From Malacoraja senta (lineage: Eukaryota): 64,000 bases of DNA. Every line of letters starts with the position of its first letter. Within the stretch, counting starts at the first letter, position 1. Both the position numbers and the translations under genes were made by a program. Shown in pieces: positions 1 through 11,409 of the stretch. The notes under the pieces were generated by a model, which did not search any database, was not told the origin of the DNA, and saw only the letters and a program-made list of their open reading frames with translations. The stretch is from positions 17,176,001 to 17,240,000 of the forward strand of contig CM075990.1 of assembly GCA_038087875.1 (NCBI GenBank), read 5' to 3'.

Positions 1-925
1 GGACAGGCCCCTTACTCTATCTAGAAAACATCCAGTGAATTGGCCTCCACTGCCTTCTGTGGCAGAGAATTCCACAGATTCACAACTCAAGTATTTATTT
101 ATTATTACTGTAAGGAATAATACAGTATTCATATATAGTAAATATTAAATATCTATCTATGTGTAACTTAATACTTACACTAAGTATTAAGTGACTTTGT
201 GATTTACTTACACTTCTGCGTGTAACTTAACTCTGTGAGTAAGTTATTCTCATGCCTTTGTGAGCTTCATGTAAACAAGGAATTTTATTACACCCTGGTG
301 CGTATGACAATAAACAAATCAGAATCTGATTCTAAAATAAGCACACAGTGAAATCAAATTCAGGTGGACATATACATATGAAATTTCCCTGCTGCTACTT
401 TACAAAGTTAAGATGGTTGATGAAAGTATTTCATTGGAAAATATTGTTAAGACATTTAAACAAGAGTTGAAAGTGTTTAATTCTCATAAGTTCCACCAAG
501 AGAACAATGAAATTCTTACTTGCTGCAACTTCTCAGGTCTGCAAACCCAATAACGCAGATAATATATGATAATCAAAAATAATAAATGTTAATAACCGTA
601 ATACTATGTAACCAGAATAGTGCAAAAACCTGAAGTCTGTAGTGCAGGCAAAGACACAGTCCATAGAAGGTCAGAGTTGCTGAGGTTAGTGTTGTGCAGT
701 GGTCAAGAGCCTGATAGTTGCTGGGAAGAAGCTGGTCTTGAACCTGGAGGTCACGGTTTTCAGATGATTTTGCCTTCTTCCCGATGGTAGCAGCGAGATG
801 AGAGCGTGGCCAAGGTGGCATTTTGCCCATGTCCCAATAATACAAGCAATGGAGCTGACCCGTACACTATTATAAAGTCATTTTGAGTTGGATTAAAGAA
901 TCTTTTATATGTGAGTAACCTTGTT

Positions 926-1050
926 AATGAATGAATGAATAAGTTTATTGGCCAAGTGTTCACATACAAGGAATTTGCCTTGGTGCTCCGCTCACAAGTG
1001 ACAACATGGCATATATTGACAGTTAGGAATGACACATAAAACATTAAATA
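926..1050 (-). mobile_element. Short LINE-like 3' end with AATAAA and (TTCA)n tail; near-identical copies at about 13889-14080(-) and 25491-25630(+)
   Basis: Three copies give the same pseudo-ORF (MFYVSFLTV...RSTKANSLYVNTWPINLFIHS); the 25491 copy is inserted in a tRNA-SINE. Confidence 0.7.
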
Positions 1051-1144
1051 ATAATAATTAATATCAATTAATTAATTAATAAACATTAAACTATGCTTTA
1101 ATGGATTATTATTGATACCCAATATTTTCTCTATTATTTAGTAG

Positions 1145-1302
1145 GTCCGAGTCAGGCACACGGCACAGCTGATGGAAGCTTCGTCACTCTATTTGGCAAC
1201 ATGACCTATTTCAGCCAAAGAATTGTGGACAAGTTGTACGCCAGAATGTTTGATGCCAACCCTGAACAGATCCTTCGTTTCCTAACCAGACAGATTTGTA
1301 AG
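1145..1302 (+). CDS. WDFY4: WDFY4 exon (PSQAHGTADGSFVTLFGNMTYFSQRIVDKLYARMFDANPEQILRFLTRQICK)
   Basis: Tandem acceptor tttagTAG (start 1142 or 1145), donor AAG|gtacag; resembles the WDFY3/4 FTQR-VDKL motif; not in the ORF track. Confidence 0.85.
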
Positions 1303-1884
1303 GTACAGCATCTTACTGGCGAAGAGGAGATTGTACATTAACCATTGAAGATCAATCACATTGCAATTCTTCACCAGCCTCAATCCTGCTCTCTATTTTA
1401 TCCAAATAACTTTCCCGAGATTGTTTGAAGTAGTTCTTCCTCAAGTCACTATATTCTCTCTTCCGATGTTCGTATCCTGACTGCATTTTGTATATTTTGT
1501 GATTCTGCCAAACACCAGCAGTTTTCAATGAGTGGCCTCTGCTTGTCTGGAAGTTCTGGACTGAGCTTGAACTTGGTTAGTACGGGTATCAGGGGTTACG
1601 GGGAGAAGGCAGGAGAATGGGGTTAGGAGGGAGAGATAGATCAGCCATGATTGAATGGCGGAGTAGACTTGATGGGCCGAATGGCCTAATTCTACTCCTA
1701 TTCCTTATGACCTTATGAACGTAGCCATGTAACTTCAGGCAGTGGGAACATGCTGGGTGGAGGGAGGATGCACACTGCGGGTGGGGACACAAAACTAGCT
1801 CCCGTCCCATTGAATGGTTTTAAAAACTTCAACAGGTGGCCAAGAGCATATCCTGCATGTCTCGTCAATGATTGTGACTGTTTC

Positions 1885-2477
1885 CAGGGGGCGGAAAACC
1901 CGGGGGGACCAGAGGGGACACGTCCCCCACATGTTTTGAGAGGTGGGGGAAATCCCCGCCAAGTTTTTGTGATCCCGATTTAAAAATCTCCACTTTCCGC
2001 GAGGCAGTGGGGGTGGGACTGATGATAGAGCGCGGTGATTGGAGGAGGGAGACATGGCACAGACCTGCGCCTCATCTGCAGGCCGGATCGATCCCGGCCG
2101 GGTCTCCGGCGTTGTCCCGAGTGCCCCCCCCCCCCCACGGGTGGCCAGAGAGGTCGGGAGTTAGACGCGAGCTGTGCCCACAGCCACCGCAGAGAAACAG
2201 CGCTAAACCCAGCTCACTCTGCCTGTCCCGCCAGGTGAACCTGCCTGGGCTTGTGGGAAATATGGCCAGCGCGGAGAAGCAGCGCTGATATCCCGTCAGT
2301 CCAGTCAGGGCTGTAGTTAACCCGGCGAGGCAGGCAGAGTTGAGCTGCATTTAGCACTGGATTGAGCCTCCGAAGCCTCGCGCACGTGTGTGTGTGTGAG
2401 TGTGCGCATGCGCGCGCGGCCGCCAAAAAATGGTGTCCCCCGTCCCCTCCGTGTTTTGATAGCGAGTTCCGCTCTTG
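1885..2477. mobile_element. GC/CpG-rich non-autonomous hAT-like DNA transposon
   Basis: Imperfect TIRs CAGGGGGCGGAA...TTCCGCTCTTG; perfect 8-bp TSD ACTGTTTC at 1877-1884 and 2478-2485. Confidence 0.8.
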
Positions 2478-3176
2478 ACTGTTTCTGACGTATAGACGGT
2501 GTAGATGGTAGTGACGCTGCCGCACAGCGCCAAAGACCCCGGTTCGATCCTGACCTCGGGTGCTGCCTGTGTGGAGTTTGCACGTTCTCCCTGTGACCGC
2601 GAGGGTTTCCTCTGGGTGCTCCGGTTCCCTCCCACATCCCAAAGGCGTGCGGGTTTGTAGGTTAATTGGCCCTCTGTAAATTGTCGCCGCAGGGAGTGGA
2701 TACGAAGGTGGGATAACACAGAGCTGGTGTGAATGGGTGATCGATGGTCAGCGTGAACACACTGGCCAGTGCGGCCTGTTTCCATGCTGTACCTATCAAT
2801 CAATCCAATTAACAATTATTGAAACGGAAAAATAAATAAATAATAAAGCTGAAATATCTAAAACATACAGAATATTAAAATGAACGTAAACACTAGTGGA
2901 AGACAAAAATGCTGCAGAAACTCAGCGGTTGAGGCAGCGTCTATGGAACGAAGGAATAGCTGACGTTTCGGGTCGAGACCCTTCTTCAGACTTGAAACGA
3001 CCCGAAACGTCACCTATTACTTCGCTCCATAGATGCTGCCTCACCCGCTGAGTTTCTCCAACATTTTTGTCTACCTTCGATTTTTCCAGCATCTGCAGTT
3101 CTTTCGTAAACACTGGTGGGCAGTGTTATGCAACACTGGAGACTGATTACTTCTTCCTTTCTCTTCATTCCCTCAG

Positions 3177-3415
3177 TTAATGGAACTGATTTACTCGCAG
3201 AAGGACCATGTTGTGAGCAACCTTTACAGCAGTCTTAACAGAGCTGTCCTCTACTGCCTCTCAAGGCCTCGGCAGTCACCTGCGGAACTGCAGCAGTTGC
3301 TGTGTACGTTGAAGTTCCTGCAGGAAGAATGGGACGTCATTTTTGCAACGTACAACTCCAGTTTGTCGTTCACCATTTGCCTCATCCACTGCCTTTGTCA
3401 GGTTAAAACCGGAAA
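3177..3415 (+). CDS. WDFY4: WDFY4 exon (LMELIYSQ...LYSSLNRAVLYCLSRP...EEWDVIFATYNS...)
   Basis: Pyrimidine tract then cag|TTA; donor AA|gtaagt; ORF 3180-3419; phase 0 in, phase 2 out. Confidence 0.92.
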
Positions 3416-4181
3416 GTAAGTGCTACCCTCCCTCTGAGGGGAAATCTTTCTTGACTTTAGTTCAGCCATTAATGGCAACTTAAATCTTGAGATGAGATAA
3501 ATTGTCAGTTTTGCCGAGCTTTGTTGGGTGTCTGCAAATCCTGATCTTTTTGTAAAGTGCTTTGATGTAGATTGGGTAGATACACATAGTCTCTTGTCAA
3601 GAGAGGGGGAATCGAGGGCCAGAGGACATAGGTTTAAGGTGAGGGGGGGGGGGGGGGGAGGATTTAATAAGAATCTGAGGGGTAACTTTTTCACACAAAG
3701 GGTGGTGAGTTTATGGAACGGGCTGCCAGAGGAGGTACTTGAGGCAGGGACTATCGCAGCGTTTAAGACACATTTAGACAGGTACATGTATCGGACAGGA
3801 TGTGAGGGATGTGGGCCAAATGCAGGCTGGTGGGACTAGTGTAGAGGGGACACGTTGGCCGGTGTTGGCAAGTTGGGCCAAAGGGTCTGTTTCCACACTG
3901 TATCACTCGGTGACTCTGTGACATCTCTTGATGTCCTGCCTCACCCGCTGGCATGTCGCAGCCACCTTGGCAAACCTAACCTGGAGCCAGTTCACAACAA
4001 AATATTTAAAGCTTTTCACAGTACCTCAGAAGAATGAATGACCAGGGTGGGGTGGGTCTTTGATTATGTTGGCTGTTTATCCATGTAGCATGAAGTGCAG
4101 ATGGAGTATAAGGTGGGGAGTCTGTTTGATTGACTGGGCTACATCTACCCCTCTGTGCAATGTCTTGTGGTCATTTTACAG

Positions 4182-4297
4182 CTATCCCAATGGCTTTGGA
4201 GTGGGAACCGGCAGCAAAAAGGCATCCTGGAACTTACAGGTGGCAACAAACCGTGAGCAATATGATGGGTCCTTTGAACCGATGCATATACATGATG
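4182..4297 (+). CDS. WDFY4: WDFY4 exon (YPNGFGVGTGSKKASWNLQ...HIHD)
   Basis: tttacag|C acceptor, G|gtaag donor; phases match neighbours; YPxGFG motif. Confidence 0.88.
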
Positions 4298-4337
4298 GTA
4301 AGAATTGTCTGTTCAAATTCATCAGGTCTAAGTCTAA

Positions 4338-4564
4338 AGGGCCTGTCCCACTTGGCGATTATTTTCGGCGACTGCCGGCATCATTGACTGACGTATCAGG
4401 TCACCGAAAAATTCCCGGCGTGACGACGTATTGACGCGCGGTGTTTTTTCAAGTGTCGCAACATTTTTTTTGTCGCCGCTCCATTTTGAAAAGTTCAAAA
4501 TCTTTTGGCGACACTGATATGATGCTGGCAGTCGTCGAAAAAATCTCCAAGTGGGACAGGCCCT
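4338..4564. mobile_element. PIF/Harbinger-like MITE
   Basis: TIR AGGGCCTGTCCCACTTG / CAAGTGGGACAGGCCCT; TAA on both flanks. Confidence 0.85.
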
Positions 4565-6300
4565 TAATGCATCAGTTGTTAGGTCATCATCAGACATTTT
4601 AACTTCTGACATTGTTCACCTTTACTTGCCCGGATATCAGTATTTTTGTCAGGCACTCCTCATTTTGGTTGGTTTGGGTGGTGTGGGAGTGTGGCGTTGG
4701 GAGGTGACGCTGAGGCCATTAACGGCCGGCCCCAAGGGTGGGATTGGAATGACAGAGGCCACACTTGACATCAATACCCAGTTCTTTTCCTCAAAGATCC
4801 TGAGTGATCCAATTGGAGTCATCAAGTTGTACAGTGTGGAAACAGGCCCTTCGGCCCACCTTGCTCCTGCCAGCTCCTGGGCCAAATGCAGGCGCGTCCC
4901 ACGCCTGCATTTGGCCCATAGCCCTCAGAATCCTTCCTATCCAAATATCCGTCAAAAGTTGCAATTGTACCCACTTGTATCGTGTGTATCTGCTTCTATA
5001 GACTTCCATTTGAGTGTTGCAGTTGCATCACAGAACCCATGGGTATTTGTATCCAGAGTTATTAAATACGATTTCAGGTGTTGAGTTTAGAACTTGTGAT
5101 TGCTTCATTGTTTTTCAGCGGGTCAGGCAGCTTAGTCATAGTGTGGACAAGGCTCACCCTAACCTAACCCAACATGCTTATGCTGCCAGATGAACTAGAG
5201 GCAGGCACTGTAACGACATTAAAAAGACATTTGGACAGGTGCATGGATAGGAAAGGTTCAGAGGCATACAGGTCAGTTGCGTCAAAAGGGACCAGGATAG
5301 TTTGCACAGTTTAAGGATAAGAGGGAAGACTTTTAGGACCGAGATGAGGAAATCATTTTTTATACAGAGAGTGGTGAATCTGTGGAATTCTCTGCCACAG
5401 AAGGTAGTTGAGGCCAGTTCATTGGCTATATTTAAGAGGGAGTTAGATGTGGCCATTGTGGCTAAAGGGATCAGGGGGTATGGAGAGAAGGCAGGGATGG
5501 GATACTGAGTTGGATGATCAGCCATGATCATATCAAATGGCGGTGCAGGCTCGAAGGGCCGAATGGCCTACTCCTACACCTATTTTCTATGTTTCTATGT
5601 TTCTATGATAGATGGAGCATCTTGGTGAGCGTGGAGGAGTTGGGCCATTCATTCTGTATGACTGTAAATGAAGCCACCAGTGCTGTAGTTGTGTGGCGTC
5701 TTCACGCCACGTTGGTTTTGCATACAGCCTGTCACCGCTGGCAACTTGCCAGCAGACTCATGAGAAGGTCCAGCCACAGAGGCACCTACAGGTTGAGTGG
5801 AGTGAGTCTGGGTCAACCTTGTTCATGTTTAAGAAGGAACTGCAGATGCTGGAAAATCGAAGGTAGATAAAAATGCTGGAGAAACTCAGCGGGTGCGGCC
5901 GAAACGTTGCCTATTTCCTTCGCTCCATAGATGCTGCCGCACCCGCTGAGTTTCTCCAGCATTTTTATCTACCTTCAACCTTGTTTATCCCCAGTGTTGC
6001 TTTGTAGAGCCCACATCATTTAGAAAACACACACAATAAATTCAACAATTTAATATATTCTCGATTCTTCCATTGACTTGATTTACAATTTGCCCGACTT
6101 AAAACATTCAGCAATGACTTTGCAGGGAAATATTTATCTTGTTCTTATTGTTACGGTAAATATTTCCGTTGCATATAAAGCCAAGTTTAATGTTATGAAC
6201 TATGGGGACAGTTTTGATTGTAATCGGTGATTGTAATTGGTGGAAGTCGTGACCTCAGTAAGTTTTCACATTGAACATTTTCTGTGCTTGAAATTTAAAG

Positions 6301-6491
6301 CTCAAAGAGAAGTTTTCGATCTGGTTGACTGGGTGTGGAACCGTCTCATGACACAGAGAAGACCGTCACTGGAGGACTACTACAAGATAGACCTCTCTGT
6401 GAAACAGGGGGCAGTGAGAAGGTGGTTGGCATATCTGAAGTCTCCCCCCTATGGGAAGAATCGGCATCCAAGGCATGGCTTCAGTATATAG
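6301..6491 (+). CDS. WDFY4: WDFY4 exon with apparent 1-nt deletion (AQREVFD...KIDLSVKQG / SEKVVGISEVSPLWEESASKAWLQYI)
   Basis: taaag|CT acceptor, G|gtcagt donor. WDFY4-like peptide is split between ORFs 6237-6491 and 6335-6556, switching at the G5 run 6407-6411. Length is 191 where a phase1-phase1 exon needs 192. Confidence 0.88.
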
Positions 6492-7041
6492 GTCAGTGCA
6501 TGACGCCACACTACATAGAACAGTACAGTACATGGAACAGGCCATTCAGCCCATAATATCTGTGCTAGACATTACCATCAAACTAATCTCGTCTGTCTGT
6601 ACATTTAGTTTAGTTTAGAGATACAGCGCTGAAACGAACCCTTCGTCCCACCGAGTCCACTCCGACCAGCGATCCCACCAAGTGTCGGATAGAACTAGTG
6701 TGAATGGGGGATCGTTGGTTGGTGAGGACTTGGTGAGCCGAAGGGCGTTTCAACGCTGCATCTCCAAATCTAAATCTAATGGATCAGACATTGACCGAAC
6801 TTTGCTGGCTTTATCTTGCACTAAACGTTATTCCCTTTATCATGTATCTGTACACTGTGAATGGCTCGATTGTAATCATGTATTGGCTTTCCACTGACTG
6901 GTTAGCACGCAACAAAATATTTTCACTGTATCTTGGACAATGAACTGAGCGGAATGGAACGGAACTATTGAGCATTGATTCGAGGGTAATTGCTGAAGGT
7001 TGCATGCTGCTCCTCAATCAGAATCTGCTTCTGTTCCTCAG

Positions 7042-7172
7042 CTTCGGAGAAGAAGAATATCTCAGGACAGCTTCAGCAGAACAGAACGGAATGGTTCTCT
7101 GAGAGCCTGTCGACGGCCGTGCGTTTAGTGGGAAAGCGTCTTTCAAGAGAACCCGACGATGTGACTGTCAAG
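7042..7172 (+). CDS. WDFY4: WDFY4 exon (ASEKKNISGQ...SLSTAVRLVGKR...VTVK)
   Basis: ctcag|CT acceptor, AAG|gtaacg donor; ASEKK motif; 131 nt, phase 1 to 0. Confidence 0.9.
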
Positions 7173-8274
7173 GTAACGGATTCTACATGTGTTTCCTGCT
7201 GCATTTGTGTAGTACTTGTGCAGCCTGGCCACTGGTTGCTGAAACTTCATCCTCGAATCCTCCGCCTATATTTCCAGCGCAGTGGCAGAACTCCACGGCT
7301 ACTGGAAATATAAAATAATGAACGGGAAATGTTGGAAGTACGCAGCAAGTCAGGCAGCATCTGAAGAGAGGAAAATTAGTTCCTGCCAGCACCATTCTCC
7401 AAGCCTCCTCCAGCATATCTTTATCTGTCTATTAGTGTGGTCATCTAATCCCTTCTTTCTCATGTGCTTCTTACACCTTCCCTCTCTCCTACTGACTGTA
7501 TCACACCGGCATGGCTGGCTCTGTTGTAGACCTCTGGGGTTCTAAGATGGGGAGGTCCAGGGAAGGTCCCTAAAAATGTTCTTCTTAAATGATGGAAATT
7601 CCTTAATCCTTTTCTCCCCATCTACCTGTCCAGGTATCCTTTAGATGTTGTTATTATACCTGCCCCAACTACCTCCTGTGGCTGAAGTCTGGAAAAAGTC
7701 TGAATGAAAAGGTCACGATAGTCTGAAGAAGGGTTCCAACCCAAAAAGTCGATGCTGCCTGACCCGCTGAGTTTCTCCAGCATGTTGTGTCTACCTCCTC
7801 TGGCAGCTGGTTCCACATGCCCAGCACTCTCTGTGTGAAAAAGTCCCACCTCATGTTCCTATTAAATACTTGCCCTCTCACGTTAGACCTATGACCTCTG
7901 GTTCTTGATTCTCCCACCCTGTGGAAGAGACTATCTATTCCCCCAGTTGATTTTACACACCTCTATGTTATCACCTTTCATCCTCCTGTGCTCCAAGGAT
8001 AGTCCGATTCTGCCCAACCTCTCTCTGTAGCTCAGGCCTTCGAATCCTGGCAACATTCTCATCAATCTTCTCTGCACTCTTTCCACCTTAATGGCATCCA
8101 TCCCATAACAAGGTGACCAAACTGCACACAATGCTCCAGGTGTGGCCTCATCAATGTATTGGAACATAATATTCCAACTCAGTTCCCCTGCAACAAATAA
8201 CGTTCCTCTCCAACCCTTTGCATTTCCCAGGTGTGTTCAATTCTGTTGTCAAATGTGATTTTCTTTTGTGTTGA

Positions 8275-8615
8275 GGGCAGCACGGTGGCGCAGCGGTAGA
8301 GTTGCTGCCTCACAGCGCCAGAGACCTGGGTTAGATCCTGAATACGGGTGCTGTCTGTACGGAGTTTGTACCTTCTCCCCGTGACTATCTGTATGGAGTT
8401 TGTGCGTTCTCCCGTGACTGCGTGGGTTTTCTCCGGGTGCTCTGGTTTCCTCCCACATTCCCAAGACGAATAGGCTAATAGGTTAATTGGCTTGATAAAT
8501 TTGTAAAAATTGTCCGTAGCGTGTGTAAAATAGTGTTAGTGTGCGGGCAACACTGGCCGGTGCGGACTCGGTGGGCCGAAGGGCCTGTTTCCGCGCTGTA
8601 TCTCTAAACTAAACT
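8275..8615 (+). mobile_element. tRNA-derived SINE, HE1/V-SINE-like (representative full-length copy)
   Basis: A box TGGCGCAGCGG 8286-8296, B box GGTTAGATCC 8329-8338, body GGAGTTTGTGCGTTCTCCC, LINE-like tail GGGCCGAAGGGCCTGTTTCC, (AAACT)n end. Further copies near 2505, 11745, 18925, 19300(-), 23305(-), 25310, 37125(-), 38855, 45763, 54750(-), 55340, 56900(-), 63490. Confidence 0.85.
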
Positions 8616-9585
8616 AAACAAAACTTTAAAAAAGGCTACAGTGGGAATTGCTTATTGGGACTGTGTGACAGTGGTGAGCGGGTGATGTGGGGAGTGTGGT
8701 GTTGTTTGTCACAGTGACATTCACAATGACGTCGTTGCATCTTGTGGCCTGCCATGTACCACAGCGATACAGCTACAACTTCACACAAAGCCAGCTTTCC
8801 AAGTTGTGAAAAGATTCTCAGGGAACTAACTGTACGATTCAAGGCGGGATGGATTAATTGGGAGGATTATTAGACAATGAAATCCCTGTCACAGGTACAA
8901 ATGTAAGCTGTGATGTCATAGCAGAACGCCTAGACAATTTGCCCAAGGGTCTGTTTAATTATTTTTAAAAATTAATTTTGATTATTACAGCTGATTCCAC
9001 CTCAGTGAGCAGTGTAATTGATATTTGTTAATTTATCCCATGGAACATTTTGTAGAACAAGCTTTTACTGTTGAAGGTTAAAGACTCTTTTATTGGTTTT
9101 CCTCTAAATATATCCACATCATTAGTTCTTCCAGTGAAAATGTTACCATCTGGAAAATGCAGCTTTGAGACATAACTCATGCACGAATGCATGAAATTAG
9201 TGTTTCTGCAACTCCTGCTTTAGTTCCTCAACAAAAGGACTTTAATTAAGTAAATTGTGATCAGACAAAGCATTATTCATCATCTTGTGATCTCCTTGAA
9301 CATGTTTGCATCCGACAACCTATCAAGCCTTTGATAAATGACTCCACCGTGAGCCTTTTATTTTCTTCATCCTCGTTGTTTTGTGCCAGTGATTGGTTGT
9401 GAGTGGTCCAAAGTTGTAATTGTCAAATAGTCGTGGAGCTCAGTCATGTCTCAAACTTTCAAACATAAGATTCCTCTAAGATTATAGGTATATTTCCATA
9501 TTTATATGATTAAATAGCAACTCTATACCATCCGCTTACTTTTGCCTATTTATCTATCTATTTTATTAATCCATCTATCTGTTTA

Positions 9586-9718
9586 TCTCTCTCTCTCTCT
9601 CTCCCTCTCCCTCTCCCTCTCCCTCTCCCTCTCCCTCTCCCTCTCCCTCTCCCTCTCCCTCCCTCTCCCTCTCCCTCTCCCTCTCCCTCTCCCTCTCCCT
9701 CTCCCTCTCCCTCTCCCT

Positions 9719-9750
<32 letters not shown>

Positions 9751-9839
9751 CCCTCTCCCTCTCCCTCTCCCTCTTTCTCTCTCTATCAATCTCTGTTTCT
9801 CTCCCTCTCCCTCTCCCTCTCCCTCTCTCCCTCTCTCCC
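9586..9839. repeat. (CT)n/(CTCTCC)n polypyrimidine microsatellite
   Basis: Directly visible. Confidence 0.97.
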
Positions 9840-11083
9840 AATCTCTGTTTCTCTCTCTATCTCTCCATCTATCTCACTATCTATCTATTTTCTATAACAA
9901 TGATGTTATACATTTATAATGCATCATATAGTCATTACAGTCATTGTTCCATTGCATGGCAAAATCAAGTACTTGGTGTAGAGGAGTGATTTATTGTACC
10001 CTCCTAAACTAGCCTGGTCCCACCAATGTCACCTCTCGATGATTTCCTGTGTTGGTCCTGCTCAAGAGAACCTTGCCTTCTCTCCTCACTACGCTGCAAA
10101 CATCTGCAAAACCGCTTGATTAGATAAACATTTAAAACAACGCCTGGATATTCATCTAGCAACTCAGTCAGTAATGATACAACTGATCCAAAATTCCAAA
10201 TGTTCAACTGTGTTACAATTTTACAATGTTCACTTCATCCCTGGAAAATGCAGCTTTGAGAGAAAGCTCATGCACGAAGGCATGATATCCATCTACCAAT
10301 CACCAATATATACTGTATAATTGAAGATAGGCACAAAGTGCTGGAGTAACTTAGCAGGACAGGCAGCATCTCTGGAGAGATGGAATGGGTGACGCTTCGG
10401 GTCGAGACCCTTCTTCAGACTGACCCGGGTCTCGACCCGAAACATTACCCATTCCTTCTCTCCAGAGATGCTGCCTGCCCCGCTGAGTTACTCCAGTATT
10501 TTGTGTTTATCTTTGATTTAAACCAGCATCTGCAGTTCTTTCCTGCCAATATATAATTATCAGTCACAACTCTGTTTTGTAAAGGCTCCAACACAAACTT
10601 CAATACAGCTCCAAATAAACTGAATCAGAAAGTACTGGTCTGGAGCTGAGGTAAGATTAGGGTCAGTTCAAGAACCAGATAGTTGTAGGATTAGCAGTTA
10701 TATATCAGTCTAATTTTGAAGATAATCTGTTGCCTTCCTTTAGTGCCTATTGAGAGTCCATCTATTTATTTATTTATTTATTTACTATCTATCTGTTTAT
10801 TTATTTATTTATTTATTTATTTTTTACTGCACACTGAAATGGACACTGGTTGAGGAATGTTTTTTTGTTTCCTCTGGGTATGCGAATACTCAGGAAATGA
10901 CAATAAAGATATACAATACAATAACCAGAATAATACCTTGTACAACAGCTACAGTTCCGCCCTTCAGAAGTATTCTTTTAGCAGTAAAACAATTGGAAAC
11001 AGTTTTAAGCAACTACAAGTTTTCCGTGTCAGTGCTCAGATAAACCTGAGCTTTAATCAGATAGCAATAGTCAATGACACTTA

Positions 11084-11409
11084 TGGGCCTGTCCCACTTA
11101 CGCAACTTTTTCGGCGACTGCCGGCACCCGTCATAGGTTGTTGCTGGTCGCTGACAATTTCAACATGTTGAAAATCCAGCAGCGACCAGAAAGACACTAC
11201 GACTCTTTGGGCGACTGAGGAGACGACTCACGACCATACAGGCGACATGTCGCGGGGTGAAGCGTGTACGGTCGTGAGTAGTCGCCCAAAGTCGTACCTT
11301 GTTCTGGTCGCCGCTGGATTTTCAACATGTTGACATTTTCACCGACCTGCAACGACCTATGACGGGTGCCGGCAGTCGCCGAAAAAGTTGCGTAAGTGGG
11401 ACAGACCCA
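11084..11409. mobile_element. PIF/Harbinger-like MITE (palindromic subfamily)
   Basis: TIR TGGGCCTGTCCCACTTACG; TTA TSD; long inverted arms. Confidence 0.85.

Noticed and set aside
8275..8350. tRNA gene
   Set aside because: A and B boxes are present, but the sequence continues into a SINE body and LINE-like tail repeated more than ten times in the window.
9542..9919. LS/LP, ER/GE and GR repeat ORFs
   Set aside because: Microsatellite translations.
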